Shown here piece by piece: positions 52,250-63,689 of a stretch of DNA of 64,000 bases. The translations under genes and the position numbers were made by a program. The notes under the pieces were generated by a model. It saw nothing but the letters and a program-made list of their open reading frames with translations, was not told where the DNA came from and did not search any database. Numbering within the stretch: the stretch's first letter is position 1; each line of letters begins with the position of its first letter. The stretch covers positions 198,400,001 to 198,464,000 of the forward strand of contig NC_042997.1 of assembly GCF_006345805.1 (NCBI RefSeq), written 5' to 3'. Source of the stretch: Octopus sinensis (lineage: Eukaryota).

Positions 52250-53820
52250 TAATAAATTTTAATTGGCACGTGTTATTTAAAGAATCTTTTGTAGTATAGA
52301 GATCAAATCAGAACAATATATTCTATCTACAATGTTATGACAGCGATAAAACATGTAATTTGTTTTTCTTGTTGAAACACAGTTCAGTTTTAACCTTGTA
52401 AGACATAAGATCAAAGTCTTTCTTTTTCCAGATATATTGTATCAAAAACTACTTTCACCAATATGTCATTTTTGTGGAAGTTGGAAATGAGCGAATCGAG
52501 GTAAATTTAGCGGATATTTCTAACAATATGTTCGACAAAGTATAGCTTCTTTTGTTGTTCACAGAAGCTTCATTTTTTTCCCTTAAGTTTCCCCCACTGG
52601 AAGCAAACTATACACTCAGCTGTTAGATGTATTTAAAAACATCCTTCGATTGATGCTGAAACCATAAGAATTATAGAGTTTTCCTAAAACCGTAGGCGTT
52701 TCACGTTAATAAAAGAATTCGAACGCAATAGAAAAATTAATATGAATGAGCCAGATAGGGTATTCAATAAAGGCAAAAAGACAACTTCAAGAAAGAAAAT
52801 GATTAGCAATTGGATGACAATATATACACAAATATACAATATCAGTGCATTCATTCAGAAGATGCTGGTATTTACAGGACATGCCGTTCTCATTATTTAG
52901 TTCCAGATCACTTTTAATCGAGAAAATTTATCATCGTAAAAGTTCCAACTTTGCTGATCCGGCATTTCTCTTTCAGTCATAAGACACTTCGGATATCTTT
53001 ATCAAATGTATCCTTCATCTATAAAGATTTCAGGGTTTTGCTACAGCCTGAGAGGCCACGTGGGGATTTCTAACTTACCTCCAGTAAATTCTGTATCAGG
53101 TTATTGTCAAGGGAATTTGACCAAAGTAATGTTTCTTTGATATCATTTTAGAATTCTAACATCTAAAACCAGCATTATTAATTATGTATAAAATTTCATT
53201 CGCAGGAAATAAATTTTTAAAAAATGGTGTACATAAGCATATAAAATGTATGTTTAAGTGTGTAGTATTTCAACCCATTAAATATTGCAGAAAAATTCTT
53301 TCTAAAAATATATTCAACGAAAACACATAATCAGTACCAAATAACAAAAAGCAAGTGTCGCAAACTCAACTTGAAATATGAACTACTTCAAAAGTGTAAC
53401 ACATTTTTATAAACATCTTGATAATTCTTTGTTGTTTCATTTCCATTTAATAAGAGCTCTCGAGAAACCTATGAAGGAAACGATATGCAATGATGAAAAA
53501 TAAAATAAGAAAAGAAAACAGGAATCCAGAGAAAACTGCTGTGAGAGTAGAGATCAATAGAGACGTATTCACTTTTCAAATGCATTGCTTAGAAAGATTT
53601 CAAATCTCATTTTAAATAATTTCATTGCCTGATATAATTCAGATGTTTCTTGCAAGGTGGAGAATTTATCTTTGCTTGCATAATCAATTCCTTTTCTAGA
53701 GTTCTTAGCAAATACATAAATAAAAAGATATAGTTCGGAGCGCAATCGATTGAAAATGAGGCAACACACTTTCTATTGCAGTAGTTGGATTATAAAGAGC
53801 AATAGGATTCTTCGGTAGCG
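52250..53820 (-). pseudogene. Decayed Toll-like receptor (LRRs-TM-TIR); best-preserved TIR in the window
   Basis: ELLLNGN (53459-53439); SLDNNLIQNL (53114-53085); TM ALILYICVYIVIQLLIIFFLEVVF (52848-52778); TIR DVF/LNTSNS*VYSLLPVGET*GKKMKL (52644-52565) and YFVEHIVRNIR*IYLDSLISNFHKND...EKERL (52543-52400). Confidence 0.7.
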
Positions 53821-53959
53821 AAAAGAGAAAAATATCTGTATTTACTAAAATGAAGTATTTGCAAAAATGAAGAGAATTATTATGAGGTGAGAATAAGTAT
53901 AAATATAGATGTCAACTCCCTCCACAGCTGCTCTGTACAAGAGATACACGTGTAGATAT

Positions 53960-53987
53960 GGGTGTACATACATACATATACTTATAT

Positions 53988-54040
<53 letters not shown>

Positions 54041-54077
54041 GTGTGTGTGTCTGTGTATATATATGTGTGTGTGTGTG

Positions 54078-54124
<47 letters not shown>

Positions 54125-54159
54125 GTGTGTGTCTGTATATATATATGTGTGTGTGTGTG

Positions 54160-54190
<31 letters not shown>

Positions 54191-54235
54191 GTATGTATAT
54201 ATATGTATATATACATGTGTATATGTATGTATATA
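53960..54235. repeat. Compound (TA)n/(TG)n microsatellite
   Basis: Visible simple repeat; this is the source of the 201-aa pseudo-ORF. Confidence 0.95.
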
Positions 54236-54237
54236 CA

Positions 54238-54355
54238 TAGGGAGAGTTCACAAAAGACGAAGGCAGGTGGTGTACAAAACAAACAGATGTATCAGTATAA
54301 CGCTCAGGAATTGAAAAGTCTTACGTTTCGAGCCTACGCTCTTCTACAGAAAGGG
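54238..54355 (-). mobile_element. Penelope-like end with a degenerate hammerhead (CTGTAGA core, GUA site)
   Basis: The minus strand reads TTT-CTGTAGA-A-GAGC(GTAG)GCTC-GAAA-CGT-A-AGA; same family as 22257-22380. Confidence 0.6.
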
Positions 54356-54393
54356 AGTATATATGTGTATATATGTCTCTCTATATATATGTG

Positions 54394-54436
<43 letters not shown>

Positions 54437-54730
54437 AAATCAAATGTGGAGATAGATTTTTACGTTTATCCAATACATTCTTACAAGTGTTTCATTAGCA
54501 ACAATGTCATATAAAGGCATACATTATAAACATACCGACAAATCATCAGAGGCTGAACAACAAAGAAAAATCTAAGTTACAAAACAGCCTTCGGACTGTA
54601 TACATGTGTGTGTGTGTGTGTGTGTGAGTCACTACTCTCATATACATATTTTTTCTAACAAAGTTGGACCACTCTTTGACTGAGGTGTACTACCAGTTCA
54701 CACAAAGTTTTGGTAACCTGCTAAGGAGCA

Positions 54731-55100
54731 TTCGTCGTCGTGACACTCCGTCGGATGCGACGACGAGGGTTCCAGTTGATCCGATCAACGGAAAAGCCTG
54801 CTCGTGAAATTAACGCGCAAGTGGCCGAGCACTCTACAGACACCGGGGGAGAATCAGCATGACAAAGTGTATGATAAAGCTGGCCCTTTGAAATACAGGT
54901 ACAACAGAAACAAGAAGAAAAGAGTGAGAGAACGTTGTGGTTAAAGAATACAGCAGGGTTCGCCACCTTACCCAGCCGGAGCCTCATGGAGCTTTAGGTG
55001 TTTTCGCTCAATAAGCACTCACAATGCCCGGTCTGGAAATCGAAACCGCGATCCTATGACCGTGAATCCGCTGCCTTAACCACCGGGTCATTACGCATCA
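54731..55100 (-). mobile_element. SINE, head D with tail T1
   Basis: Near-TSD CTAAGGAGCA/CTAAGGCGCA at 54721 and 55101. Confidence 0.88.
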
Positions 55101-55574
55101 CTAAGGCGCACTATATGAGTACTGTACACATGAAAGTGATACCGCTTAAGAGTTATATTAAATGAATGTAAAGCTACGTATGGATTACGAAAGTTTTATT
55201 TAGTAAATAATCGAGTTATATTTTGATTGATAAAATCCATAGTCTTAGATTTTTGTGAATTCTCTTTACAGAGATATGAAAAATTTGTATATAAGTTATT
55301 TGTTTATACGGCATATAATTGTGAATAAAATACATCTAAAAATGTTTGGAATATGGATCAAAGTTATTTCCACTCTTATTTTCTATTTATAATCTTTGTT
55401 TAAATTAGTTGTAATAGAACTTCAGAAAAATGATTAGATAAGTAACTTATTTATTCTTCGGATAATACACAACTTTGAAATATAACCAACCAAGCAGGGT
55501 TCTAGACATTGGCTCTATATTGTGATCGTCCTTCCACAATATTACACACGCACATACACACATACACACGCACG

Positions 55575-55619
<45 letters not shown>

Positions 55620-55635
55620 TAAAGATCGTGGTTGT

Positions 55636-55945
55636 GTAAAGCCGGAATAATGCGAGGAAGTGCAAGTTAAACTGCGAAAGGAAAAGAAAACAGAACAAAG
55701 ATGCAGTTTTACTTAGTGTTTCTAGATTTCGGAGTGAACACCCCTTCTTCAGGATATTCAGAAAAGTGGTGGCTGGAAAAGGTTGTTGCAGTGAGCAAAC
55801 CTTTTCCAACCACCACTTTTCCGGATGTCCTGAAGGAGGGGTCTTCACTCCGAAATCTAGAAATGTAAAGCAAAACTGCAACTTTGTTCAGTTTTCTTTT
55901 CCTTTTGTGATTTAATTTGTACTTTCTCGCATTGTTCCGGCTACA
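55636..55945. mobile_element. Fold-back of two Penelope-like ends with hammerhead-like cores
   Basis: About 150-bp inverted arms with a short loop near 55790. CTGAAGA-A-GGGGTG(TT)CACTCC-GAAA on the minus strand (55721-55752) and its counterpart on the plus strand (55830-55860). Confidence 0.75.
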
Positions 55946-56017
55946 TTCTTTAAAGTTATACCTCCAAATGCTTCACCAAAACTGCCCCATTTTAATCTAT
56001 CTATATTTATCTATCTG

Positions 56018-56340
56018 TGAGGGCGCGTGGCTTAGTGGTTAGGGCATTCGGCTCATGATCGTAAGGTTGTGAGTTCGATTCCCGGCGACGCGTTGTGTCC
56101 TTGAGCAAGACACTTTATTTCACGTTGCTCCAGTCCACTCAGCTGGCAAAAATGAGTTGTACTTGTATTTCAAAGGGTCAGCCTTGTCACCCTCTGTGTC
56201 ACGCTGATTATCCCCGAGAACCACGTTAAGGGTACACGTGTCTGTGGAATGCTCAGCCATGTGCACGTTAATTCCACGAGCAAGCTGTTCCGTTGATCGT
56301 ATCAGCTGGGACCCTCGTCGTCGTAACCGGCGGAGTCTTA
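56018..56340 (+). mobile_element. SINE, head B with tail T1, near full length
   Basis: GAGGGCGCGTGGCTTAGTGGTTAGGG A box, GAGTTCGATTCCC B box, GTGTCCTTGAGCAAGACACTT body, then tail T1. Confidence 0.92.
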
Positions 56341-56341
56341 T

Positions 56342-56481
<140 letters not shown>

Positions 56482-56699
56482 ACCACACAGAGACATGTGT
56501 ATGCGTATACACATATATTCTTACAAATTCAGTCGTCCAGGATATGTATTTATGTGTAAATACCTATATACAGAAACAAATGTATATATAAACATATATA
56601 CATATTAACACCACCCCTACCACCACCACCACACACACACACACACAGACACTTAAGTACCCACTTAGTGCTGGAGCATGTCTGGTACTGCAAACGAAT

Positions 56700-57300
56700 A
56701 CACATCTTCATTCGTCAGTCTGTTTCAACAATCACGACAATAGTAACGGCATGGTACCACCTTCACAAGTAAAATGAGGATTCTGGTTAGCTATCGTTTT
56801 TCCTTGAATTGATTGAGGATATAATAAAAGGAATCAGTGAAAAATCGTATTGCTATTCAGTCCTCTTGGCAAGTATAGGTGTGAGTGGAACGTGTTCTCT
56901 GAAGAGTACTACCCTGAGAAAATAGTACGAAGGCAATAACAAGCTGCTTTATGGACTGGAGGTTTTGCATAATTGTTACCTTCCCTAAGCAACATGTAGA
57001 AAGATAACATCTGTGCAATAAGTTTTAATAACACTGTTATAACGCCGACAGATTAACCATATATACATTAGGGACGACATTTCAACCACTTTCCAGTTTG
57101 TACTTGATTTAAAAAGCGTTCGATATTCAGTTTTATTCGTGGAGAGGGTAATGAAAGGGTTTTATTAATGAAACGTGTCAGGATAATCTCCTCTCTTTTA
57201 CATCTGTTCATCTCGGGAGAATAAAAAGATGCAATTACATTTGTTTACATACATTCTACAACATAATCAAAATACAGCACGTTATCTATCTATCTATCTA

Positions 57301-57337
<37 letters not shown>

Positions 57338-58395
57338 CTACATATATATCTATATCTATATCTATATATATGTATATATATATCTATATATATATCTATA
57401 TCTATATCTATATATATGTATATATATATATCTATATCTATATACGGATACAGTATGAAACCATGTGCTTCTCTTTCAAATAATGCTCACTACCAGCTTT
57501 ATTATCAGTAATCATCAATATTTTACAGAAAATATTCCCATCTAACATAGGAAAAGAGATTCATACGAAATACAATTTGAGCGTAAACCTAAAGCAGTTT
57601 ATGTAACAGAAGAAAAAAAACTATTAAAATTATAATAGCGATGGGTATTGCTTCGATCCTTGTGAAGCGGGTTTTGCTGCTTTACTGCATCTCATTTCGT
57701 CTCTTATTATAGCGTATTCCATCGACTGACTTTCACTTCTCCGCAACATATTTTGGCATTGTGCCGAGACAAAATAAATCGTTATTTGCTTCAGGATATT
57801 TGGCTTCTTCACTGAAATATTTCAAGGTATCACAGTAATTTCAAATACAAGAAAAATGAATACAGTTTATAGTTTTATAATTCATTCAGTTTCTCCAAGG
57901 GCAACACGTCTCTAAAGTATTTGAGTATTTGTATTCTGTCTCTATCACTTATGTACATGATGTATGTATAAACACACCAGCATTCATAGATGATGACGAT
58001 GATGATAATATCAGGTTTCACGATGGACACTCAGTTGTTCGATAAACTGAAAAACCTACTCGTTAAATTAACATGTTAGGTTAAATACTATACTTATACT
58101 CTAGATGTGATTCTTAAAAACCGAATGAACATGACAATATTTCACAAGGCCACACCTTCAACGACTTTAATCGAATATACCCCATCATTACTTTGCGTAC
58201 TACTTACTTTATCAACCCCCCCCCCACATATATATATATATATATAAAGGGAAGAAAGTTTGAATTTGCTCAGTGTCAAACAAACATTGTACGAAATTAT
58301 TTATGATACTTTACGCTCACATCGATTTTCCCTCCTGCCATGGTTGATAAAATATGTACAAAACAAAGTGCTGAGAGATTATTTTCGATTAAAAC

Positions 58396-58443
<48 letters not shown>

Positions 58444-58900
58444 ATATTTTAACGAAATACCACGCGGTCTTTTCGTTCAAAGTTCAGCTAATTCGACCAT
58501 TTTTACACACGTGGGTGTATGTGAATGTACATATATATATATTGTAAAGAGAAGTATGAACTTTATATAGATCGGTATATTTCAAACTGATTTCATCGAC
58601 ATTATCTATTAGATTATTATTCTCACACTTTAAAAAAAAATAATTTGACATTTGTGTGAACTTATATATACAGACTTGTACAGCAAACGAAAAAATCTGC
58701 AAAATACCTCATATTTAGAGAGCAGAGTATGCATATATATATATATATATATATATAACACATACGCACACATAGATACATTCGAAATAACGTTTCGGAA
58801 GGGGTTCTTATTTTGTTATTCGATTTGTTTCTGTTACCTGTATTAGTATTGTATCATAGGAATGTGTACATAGGTATTATGCCGGCTACCGTTTAATGAT
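56700..58900 (-). pseudogene. Decayed Toll-like receptor (LRRs-LRRCT-TM-TIR, possibly twin TIR), riddled with microsatellites
   Basis: SNNKIRTPSETLF (about 58830-58790); FTQMSNYFFLKCENNNLIDNVDEISL (about 58660-58580); LEKLNEL*N; CDTLKYF..NNDLFCLGTMPKY (about 57835-57745), in frame with TM IEAIPIAIIILIVFF (57657-57613); then RFTLKLYF and TIR DVIFLH..RVVLFREHVPLTPIL..IPFIISS..VTIVVIV (about 57010-56715). Confidence 0.65.
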
Positions 58901-59299
58901 ACTCATTAGCGAATCAGTTTTGCGGGTTGTATCATGGTTATACCGATATAATGTAGGATAAATATAGCTAGATTGGCCTTCATACCGGAAAGAGGGGATA
59001 AACATCTCTCAGTGATTCATCCACCAATGCAGTATCGCCTGATGAAATGAACCAATGATGATGATCAACCGGATGCCCACGATAATGCGGACTATACTGT
59101 ACTCATCCCAAGGATACAGACTGTGATGCTAAAGTCTTGGGATTTGCGGAATCGCGCGTAAGGATGTATAAACTATTTTTATGAATTCCATCCTAGAATT
59201 ATTGTTATTGCTATTTTCATATACACTCAACAGATTAGACTGTTGGAAAAGAAAAGAATCCTAACATCGTGCTACATGTAGCCTTAGATTCAAAGAACC

Positions 59300-60160
59300 C
59301 TCGTATTGGGTTACAGCAAGTAACCTTCGATGCCGAGAACTCTCGTATTAGGTTACAGCAAGTAACCTTTGATGCCGAGAACCCTCCCAAATATCCTAGC
59401 TGTCCCTAACAACACAGTTTTCTGGAGCTGTACTAAAATGGGTTTTATGCCTATCTCCTCTATCCATCTGTTCAGATCTTTATGAATAGTTCCCAATGCA
59501 CCTATAACTACTAGGATACATTTTACCTCCACTTCCCATAGTCCCTGTAATTCAATAGCTAGGTCCTGGTACTTTGCTAGTTTTTCTAGAACTCTCATAT
59601 TAACTTTTTCACCATTTGGGACTGTAAAGTCAATTATCTGGCACTTTCTATTCTCTTTATCTACTACTAACAAATCAGGCTTTCTAGCTTCTATTACTGT
59701 CAGTCTGAATGAAATCCCACAATATCTTGTATATTTCTTACTTTCTAGTACTTTACTAGATTCCTGTTCAAGCCATTTAACAGTATGTTAAAATCCTAGC
59801 TTTGTACATAGCTCCCACTAGATTGCTCTCCCTAGATTGTCATGTCTTGTATTCTTTCTGTGCCAGCATGCTATATTCACTTACTATATGAATAACGTGT
59901 TCCTCTTTTGATTTGCATAATCTACATTAGAAATCTACTTGGTTTTTGTCTATCTTCGCTTTTATCCAATTAGTCCTTAATGCTTGATATTGTGCGGCTA
60001 CTAACAAACATTCTGTCTCCCTCTTCAGTTTTTCTTTCTGCCACCATAAGTATGTCTTACTACAAATATTTGCTTCAGCTATCTTAAGGAATCTACCATG
60101 CAACACCGGCTGCCAGTCAGATAATTTCTGTTCTTTTTTTCTGGTTTTAAACTTCGTTTG
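59300..60160 (-). mobile_element. R4/Dong-clade non-LTR retrotransposon 3' fragment
   Basis: LHGRF..., ETECLLVAAQYQALRT, CCHC-like CRLCKSKEETVIHIVSE, RHD, and the restriction-like endonuclease KPDLLVVDKE..IIDFTVP..EKLAKYQDL..VIGALG..LQKTVLLGTARI. Confidence 0.9.
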
Positions 60161-60177
60161 GGCCTTTTGGTTTCCCT

Positions 60178-60213
<36 letters not shown>

Positions 60214-60799
60214 TCATGTGTGTGCGGACGCACACCTACACAAATATGTGGAGTTTTACAGATATATAAAGTACAATTTTATTAACATTATTTCTTTCTT
60301 GTTATTTGCCTTCCTGCGTATTAAATCACATATTTCATAATATAATTAATGTACATAGCAGGAAGTGGATTTCTATAGACTGGTGTCATAAAACAAAAAT
60401 GTTATTTATACCTCGCAAATGGAGTAAACAAATTTACAGTAAACCACCATGGCATGTAAAAGCAAGGAAAATAAGGCAGCGTGATGATAATGATCTTTGC
60501 AAAGTTCTAGAAAGACAAAAGGAAGGAACCCAGAAGTGATTAACGGACACATGATGCCAAGAAGTCTAGGTCAATGGGCGTATATACAACTCTTATGCCT
60601 GTCATTTCAACAAGGGAAAAGAAAATCGATGGTCAATAAAATCTTGCCTCTAACTAAATTTCGAGCAAGTGCACTGGAACTGTGTTAGTGCCCAGCTTGT
60701 AGTCGCACAACGAAAATTTGGACACCTTTAGGATGTTAATAAAAAATGGATTAAACAGTATTAGCGCGCTAAAATGGCTTTTCTACGTTGTTTCTCTCA

Positions 60800-61560
60800 C
60801 TCTATCTCTCGCACATTATTGGTGTAGTTGGGAAATAAACTGCGAAAGTGTCATCAAAGGTTCGAATATTTTATTTTATAGCACAATAAAAGAGTAAATT
60901 AGGGACCTTTATACTCAATTATCATAAAATGTTTTATCCAACAAAACAGCTGAAACAATGACGTTTTCTTTATGCATTTCCTGGAACAGCTAAGTGAGCC
61001 AAGGATTATAAAATAAATGGTTTACAAAGACACATTCATCAAAAGAGATTAATTTTCTGTAACTGCTAAGAGGATGCAAATTTTTTTTTTAAAGATTAAG
61101 TCTGAAAACTAAATATTTAATCTAAATCGATAAATTTGATTTTTTGAATTATTATTTGGCGCACACAAATAGTATTTCTAGACGGCGATGAAGATTCCAT
61201 AAATTATGGTTTTGTGACTTTTATAGGAGAATACCTTTAATCGCACCAAGCCTAATAATGACTTAAATGGAGGACATTATATTTCCGTTCGGGATTTGTA
61301 TTGATAGTACCGATTTTATGTGATGGCGTAGTTATTTGTAATTTTCACAATGCGCTTATGTTATCATTAATGTTATTGAGTTATTCATTTCATTAAATGA
61401 TGTGACAACACTAAAAATACATGAAAAAGCAAACATGAATGAAGTGGATTACAGTAAGCCATTCAATGTAAAGCTTTGAATGTGGGAAACTTCCTAAAGG
61501 TCAATCCAATTTACATTGATAGCACTTTATTGAACATATATTTTGTCAGTTGTTATATGG
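60800..61560 (-). pseudogene. TLR-like remnant (LRRCT start and TIR pieces)
   Basis: FKALH*MAYCNPLHSCLL (about 61480-61425); MCLCK..AVPGNA/ENVIVSAVLLDKT (about 61030-60930). Confidence 0.4.
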
Positions 61561-61616
61561 GAATTCACAAATGCAGCGCAATATTTTAACGCTAAACTGG
61601 TAGCTTATGAGATACA

Positions 61617-62008
61617 TCCCTCTATATATAAAGCTGAAGTTGTCTGTGTGTGGCAGGTTTGGTAGCCTTCAACTAACACTATCTCCTCCGAGACCCTGCG
61701 GCACAAGTTGACCAAAATTGAAAATATGATAGAAGACGGCTTGCTCCTCCTTCCGTAGAAGAAAAAATTCAAATCGGACCATGTTAACACCAAAAATTAT
61801 TTACATCAAAAAGGTGCTTTTTCTATGAAAATCCCTATTTTTTAACTATTTTTTTGACTGCTGTGTCGCCATTTTTCGGTGTATTTCAACCAGAAAAATG
61901 ATCACTTAAAGAGAATAAGAAGCTACATAATGCAAAAGTTTTACTTTTCAAAAATTTCAATTCTAAAGGATCGAAACAAACCCAAGCAACGCCGTGCGAT
62001 ACTGCTAG
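61617..62008 (+). mobile_element. Non-autonomous Helitron
   Basis: A|TCCCTCTATATATAAAG start and CCCAAGCAACGCCGTGCGATACTGCTAG|T end; the 3' end is shared with 9421-9818. Confidence 0.88.
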
Positions 62009-62249
62009 TAGAATATAAAACTCTACAGTACTCTCGTCAGTATTGGAGGTTTAGTTGGAATATTCAATGTGTTGTTCACATACGCCATTTGAAATTTTCT
62101 CATTTTAATTTTAATTCACAGAATAACATCATTTCACGGCTTATGATACCTTAAAATGAAACTGGACTTTTGTTCCCTAAATCAGCTTGCTGCATTAAAT
62201 ATTCACGTGTTGAATCAATATCATTAAATTTATATTATATTGACCACAA

Positions 62250-62460
62250 AAAGGTGGCGAGCTGGCAGATCCGTTAGCACGCTGGGCTTCGCGGTATTTC
62301 GTCTGCCGCTACGTTCTGAGTTCAAATTCCGCCGAGGTCGACTTTTCCTTTCATCCTTTCAGGGTAGATAAATTAAATACTAGTTGAGAACTGGGGTCGA
62401 TGTGATCAACTGTCCCCCTCCCCACAAAAATCCAGGCCTTGTGCCTAGAGTAGAAAGAAT
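62250..62460 (+). mobile_element. SINE family C variant with an alternative tail
   Basis: Family C head and body, then CCCCTCCCCACAAAAATCCAGGCCTTGTGCCTAGAGTAGAAAGA. Possible TSD ATTATATTGA. Confidence 0.85.
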
Positions 62461-62984
62461 TATATTGATCCTATAAAATGAAGAATACAAGCAACACTGA
62501 CATAGTTATATCTCTAAATCTCTAAAGTTCTTTAAATCAACGGGTTATTTCATATAATTCAAATATTTATATAAAAGTCTGTAACTCGATAATGATTATA
62601 AGTACTTACATCTACCTATTCTAAGGAATGATAGGATTTTCCTTTTACTAATTTCAGCTAAATATATACTTTAAAATATTTATTGGAGATGTTGATGACT
62701 TTGGTAAGTTTATTTCATGGAATAAAGTGTGTATTACCGAGAGCCTTTCTCTTCTGAAGAGCAATTAAGTCGTGCTGTTGTTACAGTTATAAGCAAGTGC
62801 AAGCAGTACTACCCTGTGCCTCCCTCAGATGTAGAGCAAAGATATGAAACGCTAGATTTTCTTTTATTCCTCAAACGTAACTACAAAGACTCAGTCGGGA
62901 ACTTAGCGCCACTGGCGCATATTATCAGATATTTACACGAATCATCTTAAGTCGACGTAACACCATTATCTTCATTCTATCGCT

Positions 62985-63350
62985 GAAAATCATCTGGCAA
63001 GACAAAGTTGCAGACACAGAGGTCCTTTCTGGTGCCGATCTGCTAAGCATTCATTTACACTCTGCTGAAGAACGCGTAGGTCAGTTGGGTAGGTCACCTT
63101 ATTCGAGTGCCTGACACACAACCACACAAAAGATTGTTTTACAGGGAATTGGCAAGTGCACACAAGGTGGGCAGAAAAAGCGTTTCAAAGATACACTAAA
63201 AGCCTCACTGAAATGCTTTCATACCAACCCCGACATCTGGCAAATACAGGCACCGGGCCGCACCGTCTCGTGTAGAAGCACCAACAGTGGTGCAACCTCC
63301 TACAAATAGAATAGAATCACAAGAGCACAAAGAAATCGTGAGCTGCATAT
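62985..63350 (+). mobile_element. RTE-BovB-like LINE 3' fragment
   Basis: IIWQDKVADTEVL, WVGHLIRVPD, KRLFYREL and KKRFKDTLKASLK match the RTE/BovB C-terminal motifs. Confidence 0.85.
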
Positions 63351-63689
63351 ATACACTGCGTCTCAAATTATTAACGACGTAACATTTAAAAAAAATTATT
63401 TTAAAACCCACTCGTTGGATTTCAACAAAATCTTCGCAGAATGATGGCAACAGTTATACGCGCGTGGTGTGTTAAAATACGTGAGATTCTGTAAAGCAAG
63501 ACAGAAACTACGGTCATCTATCGAATTTACGTAAACTTTCACTGTCTCAAATTATCAGCGAGGTGTAATTAAAATTCATGTAAACAAGAAAATACCAATA
63601 AACACATACAGTAAACATGGAAGAAATAAAAATAAACAAATAAACAATGTTCAAAAATGATAGGTGAGCTGGTTGGTAGGTGATATATG

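Noticed and set aside
53071-53165. Apparent minus-strand exon (TTTTAG...GAG|GTAAGT)
   Set aside because: All three frames between the sites contain stops; the sequence fits better as part of an intronless decayed TLR ORF.
51750-53480. Alternative reading as an LGR/GRL101-type GPCR pseudogene
   Set aside because: Only one convincing TM segment, followed by TIR-box motifs rather than six more helices.
53470-53560. Hydrophobic stretch LLISTLTAVFSGFLFSFLILFFII as a TM domain
   Set aside because: It derives from a pyrimidine-rich tract and lies upstream of LRR-like peptides; the better-placed TM is at 52778-52848.
53909-54514. Longest ORF (201 aa) and the many YI/CV/HT-rich ORFs
   Set aside because: These are translations of dinucleotide and tetranucleotide microsatellites, which lack stops in some frames.
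56018-56095. tRNA gene
   Set aside because: The A/B boxes belong to a SINE head that continues into SINE body and tail; there is no complete cloverleaf or acceptor stem.
62729-62950. Protein-like plus-strand ORF, with a possible LRRCT (ACTCL) on the minus strand
   Set aside because: Neither reading has ordered supporting motifs, so it is left unassigned.
63352-63567. Possible Tc1 TIR pair
   Set aside because: The shared TCTCAAATTAT word is in direct, not inverted, orientation, so the ends do not form a TIR pair.
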